A stretch of 35,664 nucleotides of DNA from a virus: the UHGV virus genome UHGV-0379599, one strand, 5' to 3'. The notes under the pieces are model-generated. The model did not search any database and had not been told where the DNA came from. It was given only the letters and a program-made list of their open reading frames with translations. Shown here one piece after another: positions 1 to 9,979 of the stretch. The translations under genes and the position numbers were made by a program. Position 1 is the stretch's first letter; every line of letters begins with the position of its first letter.

Positions 1-752
1 AGGAATCGGAACCCCTTAACGTTATCGCTCAAACCATGTCGTTTCGTGAAATGCTGTTACGCCAGCGGGTCAATGAGGGCGCACGCGCCTGTATGTTAAG
101 CCACGGTTCAGGGACAAACCTGGACAACCTCGCGGGCAATATGAACACAAAGCGCCTGGTTATCACTCCGGCAACGGATACCACCGACGCGGTGATGGAG
201 AGCGATACCTCGCTGAGACTGCGGGCGCAGCGGGCGTATGACGGCCTGAGTGTTGCAGGCCCGTCAGGCGCATACGAGTATTTTGCCCGCAGCGCCAGCG
301 GTCTGGTGCGCGATGCGCGAGCTATCAGCCCGTCTCCGGCCTGTGTGACGGTTTCCATTCTGTCCACTGAAGGCGACGGCACAGCAACGGAGGCGTTGCT
401 TAATACCGTTCGCGCCGTTCTGAATGCAGAGGATACCCGTCCGGTGGCCGACCGCCTGACCGTACAGAGCGCCAGCATCGTGACATGGCGGCTGAATGCA
501 AAACTGTACTTTTACCCCGGCCCGGAATCCGAACCTATTCTGGCCGCGGCGGAATCGTCATTCAGGAAGTGGCTGGCTGAACAGGGGCTTATCGGTCAGG
601 ATGTGGCGTTGTCCGCCATTGCTGCCGCACTGCATGTGCACGGCGTGCAACGCGTGGAGATAATCGAACCCACACAGAATATGGCCATCAGCGACATACA
701 GGCGGCGCGCTGTGAGTCATTCTCCATCAGCGAAGGTGGGCGTAATGAGTAA
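1..752 (+). CDS. J: Baseplate assembly protein J, C-terminal part; the N-terminal part is at 35520..35664 and the two join in frame across the window ends
   Basis: Frame is open from the first base to the TAA at 750-752. Translation resembles P2 gpJ as recalled (RQRVNE, LSVAG..GAY.Y, PVADR.TVQSA, LHV.GVQRVE). Last base of the window plus first two bases form codon CAG. Confidence 0.85.
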   Translation, partial: ESEPLNVIAQTMSFREMLLRQRVNEGARACMLSHGSGTNLDNLAGNMNTKRLVITPATDTTDAVMESDTSLRLRAQRAYDGLSVAGPSGAYEYFARSASGLVRDARAISPSPACVTVSILSTEGDGTATEALLNTVRAVLNAEDTRPVADRLTVQSASIVTWRLNAKLYFYPGPESEPILAAAESSFRKWLAEQGLIGQDVALSAIAAALHVHGVQRVEIIEPTQNMAISDIQAARCESFSISEGGRNE

Positions 753-1272
753 TTCACTGTTACCGCCATCAGCCAGCAATTTCATGCGTTGCGCCGAAGC
801 TGTCGGAGCGCGCATTACAAACATCCCGGTAGACCTCAACACGCTGTGGTCACCGGACACCTGCCCGGTGCATCTGCTGCCTTATCTCGCCTGGGCATTT
901 TCCGTTGACCGCTGGGATCGCAACTGGCCGGAAGAGACAAAGCGACAGGTTATTCGTGATGCATGGCTGATACACCGACACAAAGGGACCATCAGCGCAC
1001 TGCGACGAGCCATTGAACCGCTGGGATACCTCATTCGCGTGTCTGAGTGGTGGGAGTTCGACGGCGAACCCGGAACATTCAAGGTTGATGTTGGCACGCT
1101 GGACAGTGGTGTGACCGAGGAAATGTATCTGGAAATGGAACGGCTGATTGCCGATGCCAAACCCGCAAGTCGCCACCTTATCGGCCTGAACATTATCCAG
1201 GACATTCCCGGCTATCTGTATACAGGCGGTGTGGTCTGTGATGGTGATGTTATTACTGTTTATCCCGGATAA
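745..1272 (+). CDS. I: Baseplate/tail protein I
   Basis: 175-aa ORF; ATG at 745 overlaps the J stop; position between J and H as in P2. Confidence 0.8.
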   Translation: MSNSLLPPSASNFMRCAEAVGARITNIPVDLNTLWSPDTCPVHLLPYLAWAFSVDRWDRNWPEETKRQVIRDAWLIHRHKGTISALRRAIEPLGYLIRVSEWWEFDGEPGTFKVDVGTLDSGVTEEMYLEMERLIADAKPASRHLIGLNIIQDIPGYLYTGGVVCDGDVITVYPG

Positions 1273-1282
1273 GTGAGAAACA

Positions 1283-3604
1283 ATGAGCACGAAATTTAAA
1301 ACCGTTATCACTACTGCCGGAGCCGCAAAGCTGGCAGCCGCCACTGTCCCCGGCGGGAAAAAAGTAACTCTGTCTGCAATGGCCGTGGGTGACGGTAATG
1401 GCAAATTGCCGGTGCCGGATACCGGTCAGACGAAACTGGTGCATGAGGTCTGGCGTCACGCTCTGAATAAAGTCAGCGTGGATAATAAGAATAAAAACTA
1501 TATCGTGGCTGAACTGGTTGTACCGCCCGAAGTGGGCGGCTTCTGGATGCGTGAGCTTGGTCTGTATGACGATGCCGGAACACTGATTGCGGTATCCAAT
1601 ATGGCAGAAAGCTATAAGCCTGAACTGGCTGAAGGCTCCGGACGTGCGCAGACCTGCCGCATGGTTATTATTGTCAGCAACGTGGCATCCGTTGAGCTGA
1701 GTATTGATGCCAGCACAGTGATGGCGACGCAGGATTACGTCGATGACAAAATCGCAGAGCATGAGCAGTCCCGCCGCCATCCTGACGCCACGCTGACAGA
1801 AAAAGGTTTTACTCAGTTAAGCAGTGCAACAAACAGCACCAGTGAAAAGCTGGCGGCAACGCCAAAAGCTGTCAAAGCAGTGTTTGACCTGGCAAACAGA
1901 AAACAGCCACTTGATGCAACTTTAACCGCACTTGCTGGCCTTGCGACAGGCGCAAATAAATTGCCGTACTTTACCGGTACAGACACTGTTTCTCAGACTG
2001 ACTTAACGTCAGTCGGTCGCGATATTCTGGCCAAAACAAGCGTTCTTGCTGTTATCCAATACCTTGGTTTTAGAGAACTCGGTACAAGTGGTGAAAAGAT
2101 CCCCCTGTTGAGCACGGCTAACACATGGAGTGCACGCCAGACTTTCAACGGTGGGATCACCGGGGCGCTGACAGGGAACGCCGACACCGCAACGAAATTG
2201 AAAACAGCGCGGAAGATTAACAACGTTTCATTTGACGGTTCGACAGATATTACTTTAACAGCCTCGGATGTCGAAGCATTGTCACTGGAGGATGCCAGGA
2301 AGATTATTCAACCGCTGCCTGATGTGTGGATACCGTTTAATGATTCACTGGATATGATTACGGGCTTTTCGCCATCATATAAAAAGATTGTTATTGGCGA
2401 CGACGAAATAACAATGCCTGGCGACAAGGTTGTTAAGTTTAAACGCGCATCGAAAGCAACCTATATTAATAAATCTGGTGTGCTGACAGAGACTGCCATT
2501 GACGAGCCACGATTTGAACGTGATGGCCTGCTTATTGAGGGACAACGAACAAACTACATGCTCAATTCGGAAAACCCTGCCAGTTGGGGGCGATCGTCAA
2601 ATATGGATGTTCCCGAAACCGGGACGGATAGTTTTGGTTTTACCTATGGAAAGTTTGTCTGTAACGATTCTCTGATTGGGCAAACGTCAGCCATTAATAT
2701 GGCATCAATTGCTGCTACAAAGTCAGTTGATGTTTCAGGCGATAACAAGTACGTGACAACCTCATGTCGTTTTAAAACAGAACGACAGGTAAGGTTGCGT
2801 ATCCGCTTTGATAAATATGACGGTAGTGCAACAACTTTTCTTGGTGATGCATATATTGATACACAAACGCTTGAAATTAATATGACAGGTGGCGCGGCCT
2901 CAAGGATTACAGCGAGAGTCAGAAAGGACGAAGCTACCGGATGGATTTTTGCAGAGGCAACAATCCAGGCAATTGATGATGAGTTAAAAATAGGATCTCA
3001 GATACAGTATTCCCCTAAGCAGGGCGGAGCAACCGTATCTGGAGACTATATTTATCTGGCCACCCCTCAGGTTGAGGATGGTTCGTGTGCATCATCTTTT
3101 ATTATCTCAGGAACGACGGCGGCTACCCGCGCAAGCGATATAGTTACAGTTCCAATTAAGAATAATCTTTATAATCTTCCTTTTACGGTTCTTTGTGAGG
3201 TACATAAGAACTGGTATAAAACGCCAAATGCAGCGCCGCGTGTTTTTGATACAGGCGGTCATCAAACCGGAGCGGCTATTATTCTTGGCTTCGGTTCTTC
3301 AGCAGATTACGACGGATTTCCTTATTGCGATATTGGAGGAGCTAACAGACGGGTAAACGAAAACGCATCGCTTGAAAAAATGGTTATGGGGATGCGTGTA
3401 AAATCAGATCAGTCTACGTGCTCAGTAAGTAACGGGCGCATATCCAGCGAAACAAAGACTACGTGGTCCTATATTCAGAACTCTGCAACCATCCGTATTG
3501 GAGGCCAGACTACAGCAGGGTTACGTCATTTATTTGGTCATATCAGGAATTTCAGAATATGGCATAAAGCATTAACAGACCAACAAATGGCTGAGGTTAT
3601 TTAA
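1283..3604 (+). CDS. H: Tail fibre protein H (773 aa), with a conserved N-terminal part and a divergent AT-richer C-terminal receptor-binding part
   Basis: N-terminus MSTKFKTVITTAGAAKLAAA and internal TEKGFTQLSSATNSTSEKLAATPKAVKAV are typical of P2 H / lambdoid side tail fibres. GC appears to drop after about 2300. Confidence 0.85.
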   Translation: MSTKFKTVITTAGAAKLAAATVPGGKKVTLSAMAVGDGNGKLPVPDTGQTKLVHEVWRHALNKVSVDNKNKNYIVAELVVPPEVGGFWMRELGLYDDAGTLIAVSNMAESYKPELAEGSGRAQTCRMVIIVSNVASVELSIDASTVMATQDYVDDKIAEHEQSRRHPDATLTEKGFTQLSSATNSTSEKLAATPKAVKAVFDLANRKQPLDATLTALAGLATGANKLPYFTGTDTVSQTDLTSVGRDILAKTSVLAVIQYLGFRELGTSGEKIPLLSTANTWSARQTFNGGITGALTGNADTATKLKTARKINNVSFDGSTDITLTASDVEALSLEDARKIIQPLPDVWIPFNDSLDMITGFSPSYKKIVIGDDEITMPGDKVVKFKRASKATYINKSGVLTETAIDEPRFERDGLLIEGQRTNYMLNSENPASWGRSSNMDVPETGTDSFGFTYGKFVCNDSLIGQTSAINMASIAATKSVDVSGDNKYVTTSCRFKTERQVRLRIRFDKYDGSATTFLGDAYIDTQTLEINMTGGAASRITARVRKDEATGWIFAEATIQAIDDELKIGSQIQYSPKQGGATVSGDYIYLATPQVEDGSCASSFIISGTTAATRASDIVTVPIKNNLYNLPFTVLCEVHKNWYKTPNAAPRVFDTGGHQTGAAIILGFGSSADYDGFPYCDIGGANRRVNENASLEKMVMGMRVKSDQSTCSVSNGRISSETKTTWSYIQNSATIRIGGQTTAGLRHLFGHIRNFRIWHKALTDQQMAEVI

Positions 3605-3882
3605 TGAAAGATATTACGTTGAAATTCAGAGACAGAGCAGAATACGACTCTTTTTTAGAGAGTATATCCTGGCACGATAATGAAGAACTGCAAAACAACA
3701 TCCTTCTTGATGTTGTAGGTATTACATATACCGAAATACCAAACGGCGAGAACGAAGAACCAACAGTGATTAAAAATGATGGCTTCTTTGTTAATGTTCG
3801 TATTTTAAACGACAGTTTGAAACAACAAATGTTTGATGGTTTTGAAGTTCAATTAGAACAACCGCTGCGGGAATGGGCGTAA
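3604..3882 (+). CDS. Hypothetical 92-aa protein, translationally coupled to H (TAATG overlap); possible fibre chaperone/accessory
   Basis: AT-rich ORF; start overlaps the H stop. No recognisable motif. Confidence 0.45.
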   Translation: MKDITLKFRDRAEYDSFLESISWHDNEELQNNILLDVVGITYTEIPNGENEEPTVIKNDGFFVNVRILNDSLKQQMFDGFEVQLEQPLREWA

Positions 3883-3891
3883 GGAATTAAT

Positions 3892-4803
3892 ATGGCAACA
3901 GTGACAACGATACCAGCAGATATAACTAATCTGAAAAAAGAAATCGACTCTATTAAGAGTAATGTTGCTAAAAAACTGGAAATTTCAGGCGGCACAATAA
4001 CTGGTGATCTAACAGTTGTTGGTGGCATTTCTGGTGAGCTGTCCGGAAATGCCTCAACAGCCACAAAACTAAAAACCGCGCGAAAGATTAATTCCGTTTC
4101 GTTTGATGGTTCAAAAGACATTAACCTCACGCCTGAAAATGTTGGTGCATTGCCAATAACCGGAGGAGCTCTTACCGGCGGTTTAACGGCTGCTGGCGAG
4201 ATTGTTTCCAAATCAGGAAACGGCTTCCGCATCGTACAGGGTAACTATGGATTCTTTATCCGAAACGATGGTTCAAACACATACTTCATGTTGACCAATT
4301 CGGGCGACAGCCTAGGAACATGGAATAGTTTAAGGCCGCTTACCATTAACGATGCCAGTGGTGGAGTAACTATTGGGAACGGTTTAACGGTTAATGGTTC
4401 TCTTGGTCTGGGTACTGCAAATGCTCTTGGCGGTAACTCTATCGTTCTTGGCGATAATGATACTGGTTTTAAACAGAACGGTGACGGCCTGCTTGATGTT
4501 TATGCAAATAGCCAGCATGTATTCCGCTTTCAGAATGGTACTTTGCAGAGTAACAAGCCAGTTAATGTCGCAGGTCAGGTGACTCCATCAGATTACGGTA
4601 ATTTTGATTCCCGCTATGTGAGGGATGTCAGACTTGGCACACGTGTTGTTCAGACCATGCAAAAAGGCGTGATGTATGAAAAATCAGGTCATGTAATCAC
4701 GGGGCTTGGTATTGTCGGTGAAGTCGATGGTGATGACCCCGCAGTATTCCGACCAATACAAAAATACATCAATGGCACATGGTATAACGTTGCGCAGGTG
4801 TAA
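3892..4803 (+). CDS. Tail-fibre distal (tip) module, 303 aa, lacking an N-terminal baseplate-attachment domain
   Basis: Shares the junction motif NASTATKLKTARKINSVSFDGSKDINLT with H (NADTATKLKTARKINNVSFDGSTDITLT, about nt 2170-2260). Block GNGFRIVQGNYGFFIRNDGSNTYFMLTNSGDSLGTWNSLRPLTINDASGGVTIG resembles lambdoid Stf C-terminal regions. SD-like taaggaa upstream. Confidence 0.6.
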   Translation: MATVTTIPADITNLKKEIDSIKSNVAKKLEISGGTITGDLTVVGGISGELSGNASTATKLKTARKINSVSFDGSKDINLTPENVGALPITGGALTGGLTAAGEIVSKSGNGFRIVQGNYGFFIRNDGSNTYFMLTNSGDSLGTWNSLRPLTINDASGGVTIGNGLTVNGSLGLGTANALGGNSIVLGDNDTGFKQNGDGLLDVYANSQHVFRFQNGTLQSNKPVNVAGQVTPSDYGNFDSRYVRDVRLGTRVVQTMQKGVMYEKSGHVITGLGIVGEVDGDDPAVFRPIQKYINGTWYNVAQV

Positions 4804-4806
4804 ATT

Positions 4807-5334
4807 ATGCAGCATTTAAAAAACATTAAGTCAGGTAATCCAAAAACAAAAGAACAATATCAGCTAACAAAGAATTTTGATGTTATCTGGTTATGGTCCG
4901 AAGACGGAAAAAACTGGTATGAGGAAGTAAGTAACTTTCAGGAAGACACAATAAAAATTCTTTACGACGAGAATGATATTATTATCGCCATCACCAAAGA
5001 TGCCTCCACGCTTAACCCTGAGGGTTTTAGCGTTGTTGAGGTTCCTGATATTACCGCCAACCGACGTGCAGACGACTCAGGTAAATGGATGTTTAAGGAT
5101 GGTGCCGTGATTAAGCGGATTTATACGGCGGACGAACAGCAGCAACTGGCAGAATTACAGAAGGCAACTTTGCTTTCCGAAGCTGAATCCGTGATTTTGC
5201 CGCTGGAACGCGCTGTCAGGCTGAATATGGCAACAGATGAGGAGCACAGCCGACTGGAAGCATGGGAACGCTACAGTGTTCTGGTCAGCCGTGTGGATAC
5301 GGCAAATCCCGAATGGCCACAAAAGCCTGAATAA
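4807..5334 (+). CDS. G: Tail fibre assembly protein (Tfa / P2 G-like)
   Basis: 175 aa; N-terminus [41 protein letters not shown] is characteristic of enterobacterial phage tail-fibre assembly proteins. Confidence 0.8.
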   Translation: MQHLKNIKSGNPKTKEQYQLTKNFDVIWLWSEDGKNWYEEVSNFQEDTIKILYDENDIIIAITKDASTLNPEGFSVVEVPDITANRRADDSGKWMFKDGAVIKRIYTADEQQQLAELQKATLLSEAESVILPLERAVRLNMATDEEHSRLEAWERYSVLVSRVDTANPEWPQKPE

Positions 5335-5341
5335 AAATTAA

Positions 5342-5368
5342 GGCCCGATAGCGGGCCTTGTCTCATTC
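5342..5368. terminator. Hairpin (GGCCCG-atag-CGGGCC) in the convergent G/U intergenic region
   Basis: Inverted repeat directly after the G stop, followed by TTGTCTCATT on + and a T-run on -. Confidence 0.4.
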
Positions 5369-5540
5369 AGGTTGTTCGGGAAACGTTGCTGGCAGGCTGG
5401 AGGTGTCTGTAGATTCGACTTTCTACGCGTAGAGCATCCACTCGGTTAATTTTTGTTTATTCTCGTCGGAAATGATGTCCAGCCGTAGCTGTGAGTCCCA
5501 TAGGCGATATACAGGCCGAAGAAACAACCAGGCAGATCCA

Positions 5541-5582
5541 GGAAAAAGAAAACCGCTAATCTGACCATTAGCGGTTTTTGTG
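5541..5582. terminator. Bidirectional rho-independent terminator (ACCGCTAAT-ctgacc-ATTAGCGGT flanked by A-run and T-run)
   Basis: 9-bp perfect stem with TTTTTGTGTT downstream on + and an A-rich tract upstream (T-run on -); sits just after the end of U on -. Confidence 0.6.
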
Positions 5583-5587
5583 TTAAA

Positions 5588-6082
5588 TCAGAACAGCCCT
5601 TTAACTGAACTGGCCGCGCTGTTAAGAGATGATGTCACCTTATCTTTGAAGCCGGACAGCATATCGCTGAATGATGAGGATTGCAGGCGCTCCCGCAAAT
5701 CCTCATCACAGCGTTCAAGGGTCAGTGAAAATTCTATCTTTTTCGCCTTACCGTAGCGATCAAACTCGGAACGGGTCGTATTCGTTTCAGTCAGCACATA
5801 CATGCCGTAAATCTGCCCGACACCATCAATCAGAGGCCAGGGGCGTCCTGTATATGCCTGCGTGGTCAGCAACGAAAGCGACACTTCACCACCTGTAATT
5901 TCAGGATAAAGCACGCCGGAAAGCACAATGCGATCATCACCTGCACCGATATACTGCCAGCTTGCTGAACGGTTAACGCGTTCATTTTTCACATGCCGCC
6001 AGCTTTTGTTTTGCTGTAACTGCTGATGCGGCAGTGTGCGCAGCTCAAAAACAAACATGCCGTAGATCATCATCATGACCAT
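5588..6082 (-). CDS. U: Tail protein U
   Basis: 164-aa ORF immediately downstream of the tape measure gene on -; size and position as P2 U. Confidence 0.7.
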   Translation of the reverse strand: MVMMMIYGMFVFELRTLPHQQLQQNKSWRHVKNERVNRSASWQYIGAGDDRIVLSGVLYPEITGGEVSLSLLTTQAYTGRPWPLIDGVGQIYGMYVLTETNTTRSEFDRYGKAKKIEFSLTLERCDEDLRERLQSSSFSDMLSGFKDKVTSSLNSAASSVKGLF

Positions 6083-6088
6083 GACTCC

Positions 6089-8932
6089 TCAATCTTTATC
6101 GTAAAAACTGCCACGTCCGGCACGGGCGCGCCGTTCCATCTCTGCCCTGACCATTTCACCGACCAGTTTCGCCAGTTCGCGGGGATTCTGCGTAACAACG
6201 TTATGCAGATGGACATGAATTTCACCACCAAATCCGGAGGCAACAGGCTCCCGGTTACGGGAAGTTGCAGGAACTGATGCCACTGGCGATCGTATGGCCT
6301 CCGCCACCGGGCGGGAGCTGGCCGCAACAACAGGGACCAGCGCCGGAGGCAGCGGAGCCGGGACCACGGGTGTGATATTAATTGCGGGGGCAGGCTTACT
6401 GGCCTGCGCAATCTTCCGCTCCTGCCACTCCCCACGAACGGCAAGTGCGCGGGGCAGGTTCTTAAAGACAATATCACCGGGGCCAATGCGTTTTTTCGTC
6501 TCATCAACCAGCTTACCTGTGTTATCAGCAATTTTGCTGAGTCTGCGTAGCGTACCGGTATTGCTGTCTGTGAGCGGTTTGTTGTCTTTGGGGTTATCAC
6601 CTCCGGTGCCATTGCCATTTTCCACAGGCTTCGGCGGATTGATTTTCGCAATGTCTCCCTGAAACAGAGCAACCTTGTCCTGAAGAATGGCCGCACGCTG
6701 TGCGTCTTCGATTTTCTTGCGCGCCCTTTCCGCTTCATCCGGAAGGACGCCAAGTTTTTCAAGTATCCACGCCAGCGTATCCAGTAGCATTTTTGCAGGT
6801 GTCAGAACAAGCTGTAACGCACCGCCAAGAACGTTACCGAATATCTCGCCAGCACTGGTACATTTATCCAGCGTTTCCTTGCTGGACTCCATCGGTGACA
6901 GCAGCGATTTAAACCAGTTAAACACCTGGCTGATCCCGCTTCCGATTGCGTCAAAAACAGGACCAAACCGCTCAAAGGTTTCGCGCAACGGGGTCAGCCT
7001 TTCCATAATCCCGCTGAACACCCCGGCAAAAAATGCCCTGATGGGATCCCAGTATTTCCAGATAAGAACGGCAGCTCCGGCAAGCGCAGCCACGATAAGA
7101 CCAACCGGACTGAACAGCGCCCCGATAGCGCCTCCCAGCAAAGAAACAGAACCCGTCACCATTCCCCACAGCGCAGGCAACACCCTGACGACATTCATTG
7201 ACCGGGTAAGAATGTCAAAACCAAGACGCAGGGTGGCCAGCTTCCCGTAAAGCACCCCAATAACCAGCGACAACGAGCCAATCGTTGCAGTCATTGCCAG
7301 CAACGCACCGCCTGCTATCAGTAGCTGGCGCGTCAATACCGGATGGGCCTGCGCCAGCGAGGTGATTTTTTCAAGCACCCGCGTGAGCCACTGCGTGACA
7401 GAACGCAGCGGACCGTCAACCAGATCACTGATGCGAATACGAAGACCTTCCCATGCGCTGTCGAGATTTTTCAGGTCCCCATCAAGATTATCGGCCATTA
7501 CTTTTGCGACGCGATCGGCCTCTCCCCTTGCCCCCTGCAATTCTCTGGTCAGTTTTTGCAGCTCTCCTGAACCAGCCGCCGCAACAAGCGTCTGCAAACC
7601 AACGAACGCCTCTTCTCCGGCGATGTCCTTGAAGAAGGAAACCTGGTCCACCTGTCCGTATTTTTGTGTCGCCTTATAGAGATCAAGCAGCACATCCTCC
7701 ATCGGGCGCATTTTGCCTCTGGCGTCAGCAACTGACACCCCCAGCTCTTTCAGTGCATCAGCCGCAGCTTTTGGCGGTGATGCAAGGCGGGACAGACTTG
7801 CGCGCATGGCCGTACCAGCATCGCTTCCACGAAGACCATTATTGGCAAGCATCCCGGCCATGGCCGCCGCTTCTTCAAGACTGATACCAAGTTTTGCGGC
7901 AACCGGACCGGTATACTTCATGGTTTCGCCCAGCGCGCGTAAATCAGTATTGGTCCGGGTGAATGCTGCTGTCAGCGTATCGCCAACCCGGTCCATTTGA
8001 TCGGCTGTCAGGTTGAACTGTGTGAGGATATTGGAGCCTATATCAGCCGTCTCGCCGAGTTCGACGCCACCTGCCAGCGCCATATTAAGAACACCGGGCA
8101 ATGCGGCCTGAATGGCCTGCGGAGTAAAACCAGCCATTGCCAGAAAGCTCTGCCCACTGGCGGCATCACTCGCAGTAAACTGTGTTTCAGAGCCAAGTTT
8201 TAACGCCTGCTCACGCAGCGCCTTAAACTGCGGGCTGTTTTTGTCGATTCGCGTCAGTGCCTGAACGCGGGACATCTCTTTCCCGAACCCGATCGCAGGC
8301 TGCAAAAAACGTCCGGCAGCATAGCCGCCCGCCGCTGCCGCACCAATTGCCAGCGCACCACCTGTTTTCAGTTTTCCCGCTGTTTCCTGCGCGCGCGAAT
8401 ACCGCTCACGCGCCCGCGTTACACGCGCAAGCGCCTGCCGTTCGCGTTCAAGCTGGTTGTTGTACTGTTCGGTGCGTCTGATGGCCTGCTGGATGGTGTT
8501 ATCGCTGCCTGTCAGGGAAATGCCGTGGCGTTTCAGCTCTCCGCCAAGCTCCCGCATTTTCTGAATTTCACGTGTGCGCGATTCATTCAGGCGTTCAAGC
8601 CGGGTGCTTAACTGCTGCATCAGCTTTTGTTGTTTTTCGCTGAGCACTGTACCCGTGCGTTGTAACTGATTAAGGGCGTTAAGCTGGCGTCGTGCTTTCA
8701 CGATGCCCGCATCCGCTTTACTGACAGCGTCGCGGGCGCGCTCAAATGAACGCGCCTGACGCTCGAGATTTTTGATCGCCCCCTGCGTTCGCTGAATGGA
8801 GTCACCAAACTGCCCCATCAGGCGGCGGGCGTTTTCGGCAGGCCGGGTCAGCCTGTCAACGGCGCTGAAAGCGACCCGGATGTCAAGAGTCTTCATTATC
8901 TGCATTCCCGCTGCGAAGTGCCGCCCGCTCAC
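6089..8932 (-). CDS. T: Tail tape measure protein T (947 aa)
   Basis: Long alpha-helical, Ala/Gln/Arg-rich N-terminal half, hydrophobic Gly-rich central segment, Pro-rich C-terminus; located between E/E' and U. Confidence 0.85.
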   Translation of the reverse strand: MSGRHFAAGMQIMKTLDIRVAFSAVDRLTRPAENARRLMGQFGDSIQRTQGAIKNLERQARSFERARDAVSKADAGIVKARRQLNALNQLQRTGTVLSEKQQKLMQQLSTRLERLNESRTREIQKMRELGGELKRHGISLTGSDNTIQQAIRRTEQYNNQLERERQALARVTRARERYSRAQETAGKLKTGGALAIGAAAAGGYAAGRFLQPAIGFGKEMSRVQALTRIDKNSPQFKALREQALKLGSETQFTASDAASGQSFLAMAGFTPQAIQAALPGVLNMALAGGVELGETADIGSNILTQFNLTADQMDRVGDTLTAAFTRTNTDLRALGETMKYTGPVAAKLGISLEEAAAMAGMLANNGLRGSDAGTAMRASLSRLASPPKAAADALKELGVSVADARGKMRPMEDVLLDLYKATQKYGQVDQVSFFKDIAGEEAFVGLQTLVAAAGSGELQKLTRELQGARGEADRVAKVMADNLDGDLKNLDSAWEGLRIRISDLVDGPLRSVTQWLTRVLEKITSLAQAHPVLTRQLLIAGGALLAMTATIGSLSLVIGVLYGKLATLRLGFDILTRSMNVVRVLPALWGMVTGSVSLLGGAIGALFSPVGLIVAALAGAAVLIWKYWDPIRAFFAGVFSGIMERLTPLRETFERFGPVFDAIGSGISQVFNWFKSLLSPMESSKETLDKCTSAGEIFGNVLGGALQLVLTPAKMLLDTLAWILEKLGVLPDEAERARKKIEDAQRAAILQDKVALFQGDIAKINPPKPVENGNGTGGDNPKDNKPLTDSNTGTLRRLSKIADNTGKLVDETKKRIGPGDIVFKNLPRALAVRGEWQERKIAQASKPAPAINITPVVPAPLPPALVPVVAASSRPVAEAIRSPVASVPATSRNREPVASGFGGEIHVHLHNVVTQNPRELAKLVGEMVRAEMERRARAGRGSFYDKD

Positions 8933-9090
8933 GCCAGCTAACCACTTCGCCGGGCGTCATCATGAAGATTTCGGCGGGCGACCAGTTAAAAATAACGGCA
9001 ATATCTGCCACAAAGTCTTCTATGTGCTCAAAGCACACAACCGTGATCAGGCTTCCGTCGCCTGTTCGTTCTTCCCGCCAGAGTCCGCAC
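8883..9090 (-). CDS. E': E' extension reached by programmed -1 frameshift from E (E+E' product)
   Basis: Slippery heptamer TTTTTTG on the - strand (complement of + 9084-9090) within codons AAT TTT TTG of E. The -1 frame stays open to 8883 and overlaps the T start, as in P2 E/E+E'. Confidence 0.65.
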
Positions 9091-9412
9091 CGCTCAAAAA
9101 ATTTACGGCAACCACACATAACTGAATAAAGTCACGGGATGCCATTTTTTTGATCGTCACTTCATCCAGTCGCGGTGATGTCACGCGTGACAGCAGCGTA
9201 AACATGGATTCCGCTTTCAGATTCAGCACATCAGACAGCGACAAATCTCGCAGAGATCCAGCCTGCTCAATAGCCCCGGTGATCTCCACATACGTGATTT
9301 TTTCGCCGCCTCGCTCAATTGGTTGGGTAAGTTTTACGCCACGCTCACTGGTTTCTTTCACAGTGTCAGCAACTACCGTGTTTTCGGTATCGATGTTTTT
9401 CGTCTCTTTCAT
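9047..9412 (-). CDS. E: Tail assembly chaperone E
   Basis: 121-aa ORF between the tail tube and tape measure genes; contains the slippery site near its 3' end. Confidence 0.75.
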   Translation of the reverse strand: MKETKNIDTENTVVADTVKETSERGVKLTQPIERGGEKITYVEITGAIEQAGSLRDLSLSDVLNLKAESMFTLLSRVTSPRLDEVTIKKMASRDFIQLCVVAVNFLSGADSGGKNEQATEA

Positions 9413-9466
9413 CAGGAAACTCCTTTCAGTCAGAGGCGACGCACTGCGCCGCCTGCATATTACTTA

Positions 9467-9979
9467 TCAGCCAAGCCCAAGCGCGGAACGGATGCGATCG
9501 GGCACAATGTCCTTGCCGTCCTTCCGGTAAATGAAGTTCAGCAGATCAATCTCCCACAACGGGCGATCGTTAACACTCAGCTTGTAGTAGGTGTTTTTAA
9601 TGGCGTAAGTGTGTGATGTGGCTTCGCCCTGTTTGGCTTCCCCCATATCAATTTCCGTCACACGTCCGCGCATTTCGACTTCATACAGGTCGCTTTCTGC
9701 ATCGGTGTAGTATTCACCCGCAAAACGCAGCAGCGTGCCGTCAATCGTGCCGCCATACTTAAGGAACAGCTCACGAACTGCGCCCCCCATGACAAAGCTC
9801 GCATCAAGCGCGGAGTCGTCCAGACCGAGATCAATACTTACCGCACCCATCATGCCGCCCCCCCGGTAGCTGTCGGTTTTGCGCGTCAGTTTGGGCAGAG
9901 TGACGGACGTCACCTTACCCACTTCGTTTTCACCATCCACAAACAGCGTAAAAAAACGAAGATGTTTTGGCACAGCCAT
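9467..9979 (-). CDS. FII: Tail tube protein FII
   Basis: 170-aa ORF; ATGA overlap with the FI stop at 9979; position after the sheath gene. Confidence 0.8.
   Translation of the reverse strand: MAVPKHLRFFTLFVDGENEVGKVTSVTLPKLTRKTDSYRGGGMMGAVSIDLGLDDSALDASFVMGGAVRELFLKYGGTIDGTLLRFAGEYYTDAESDLYEVEMRGRVTEIDMGEAKQGEATSHTYAIKNTYYKLSVNDRPLWEIDLLNFIYRKDGKDIVPDRIRSALGLG

Noticed and set aside
850-1780. - strand ORFs of 107-184 aa overlapping I and H
   Set aside because: Antisense to well-supported baseplate and fibre genes; no RBS; spurious.
1283-4803. Invertible tail-fibre segment (Gin/Cin/Min-type host-range switch)
   Set aside because: The two fibre-tip modules are in direct orientation, no inverted repeats flank them and no serine invertase gene is present in the genome.
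6294-8481. Several 60-190-aa + strand ORFs
   Set aside because: All antisense within the tape measure gene T; Ala/Ser/Pro-rich translations with no start signals.
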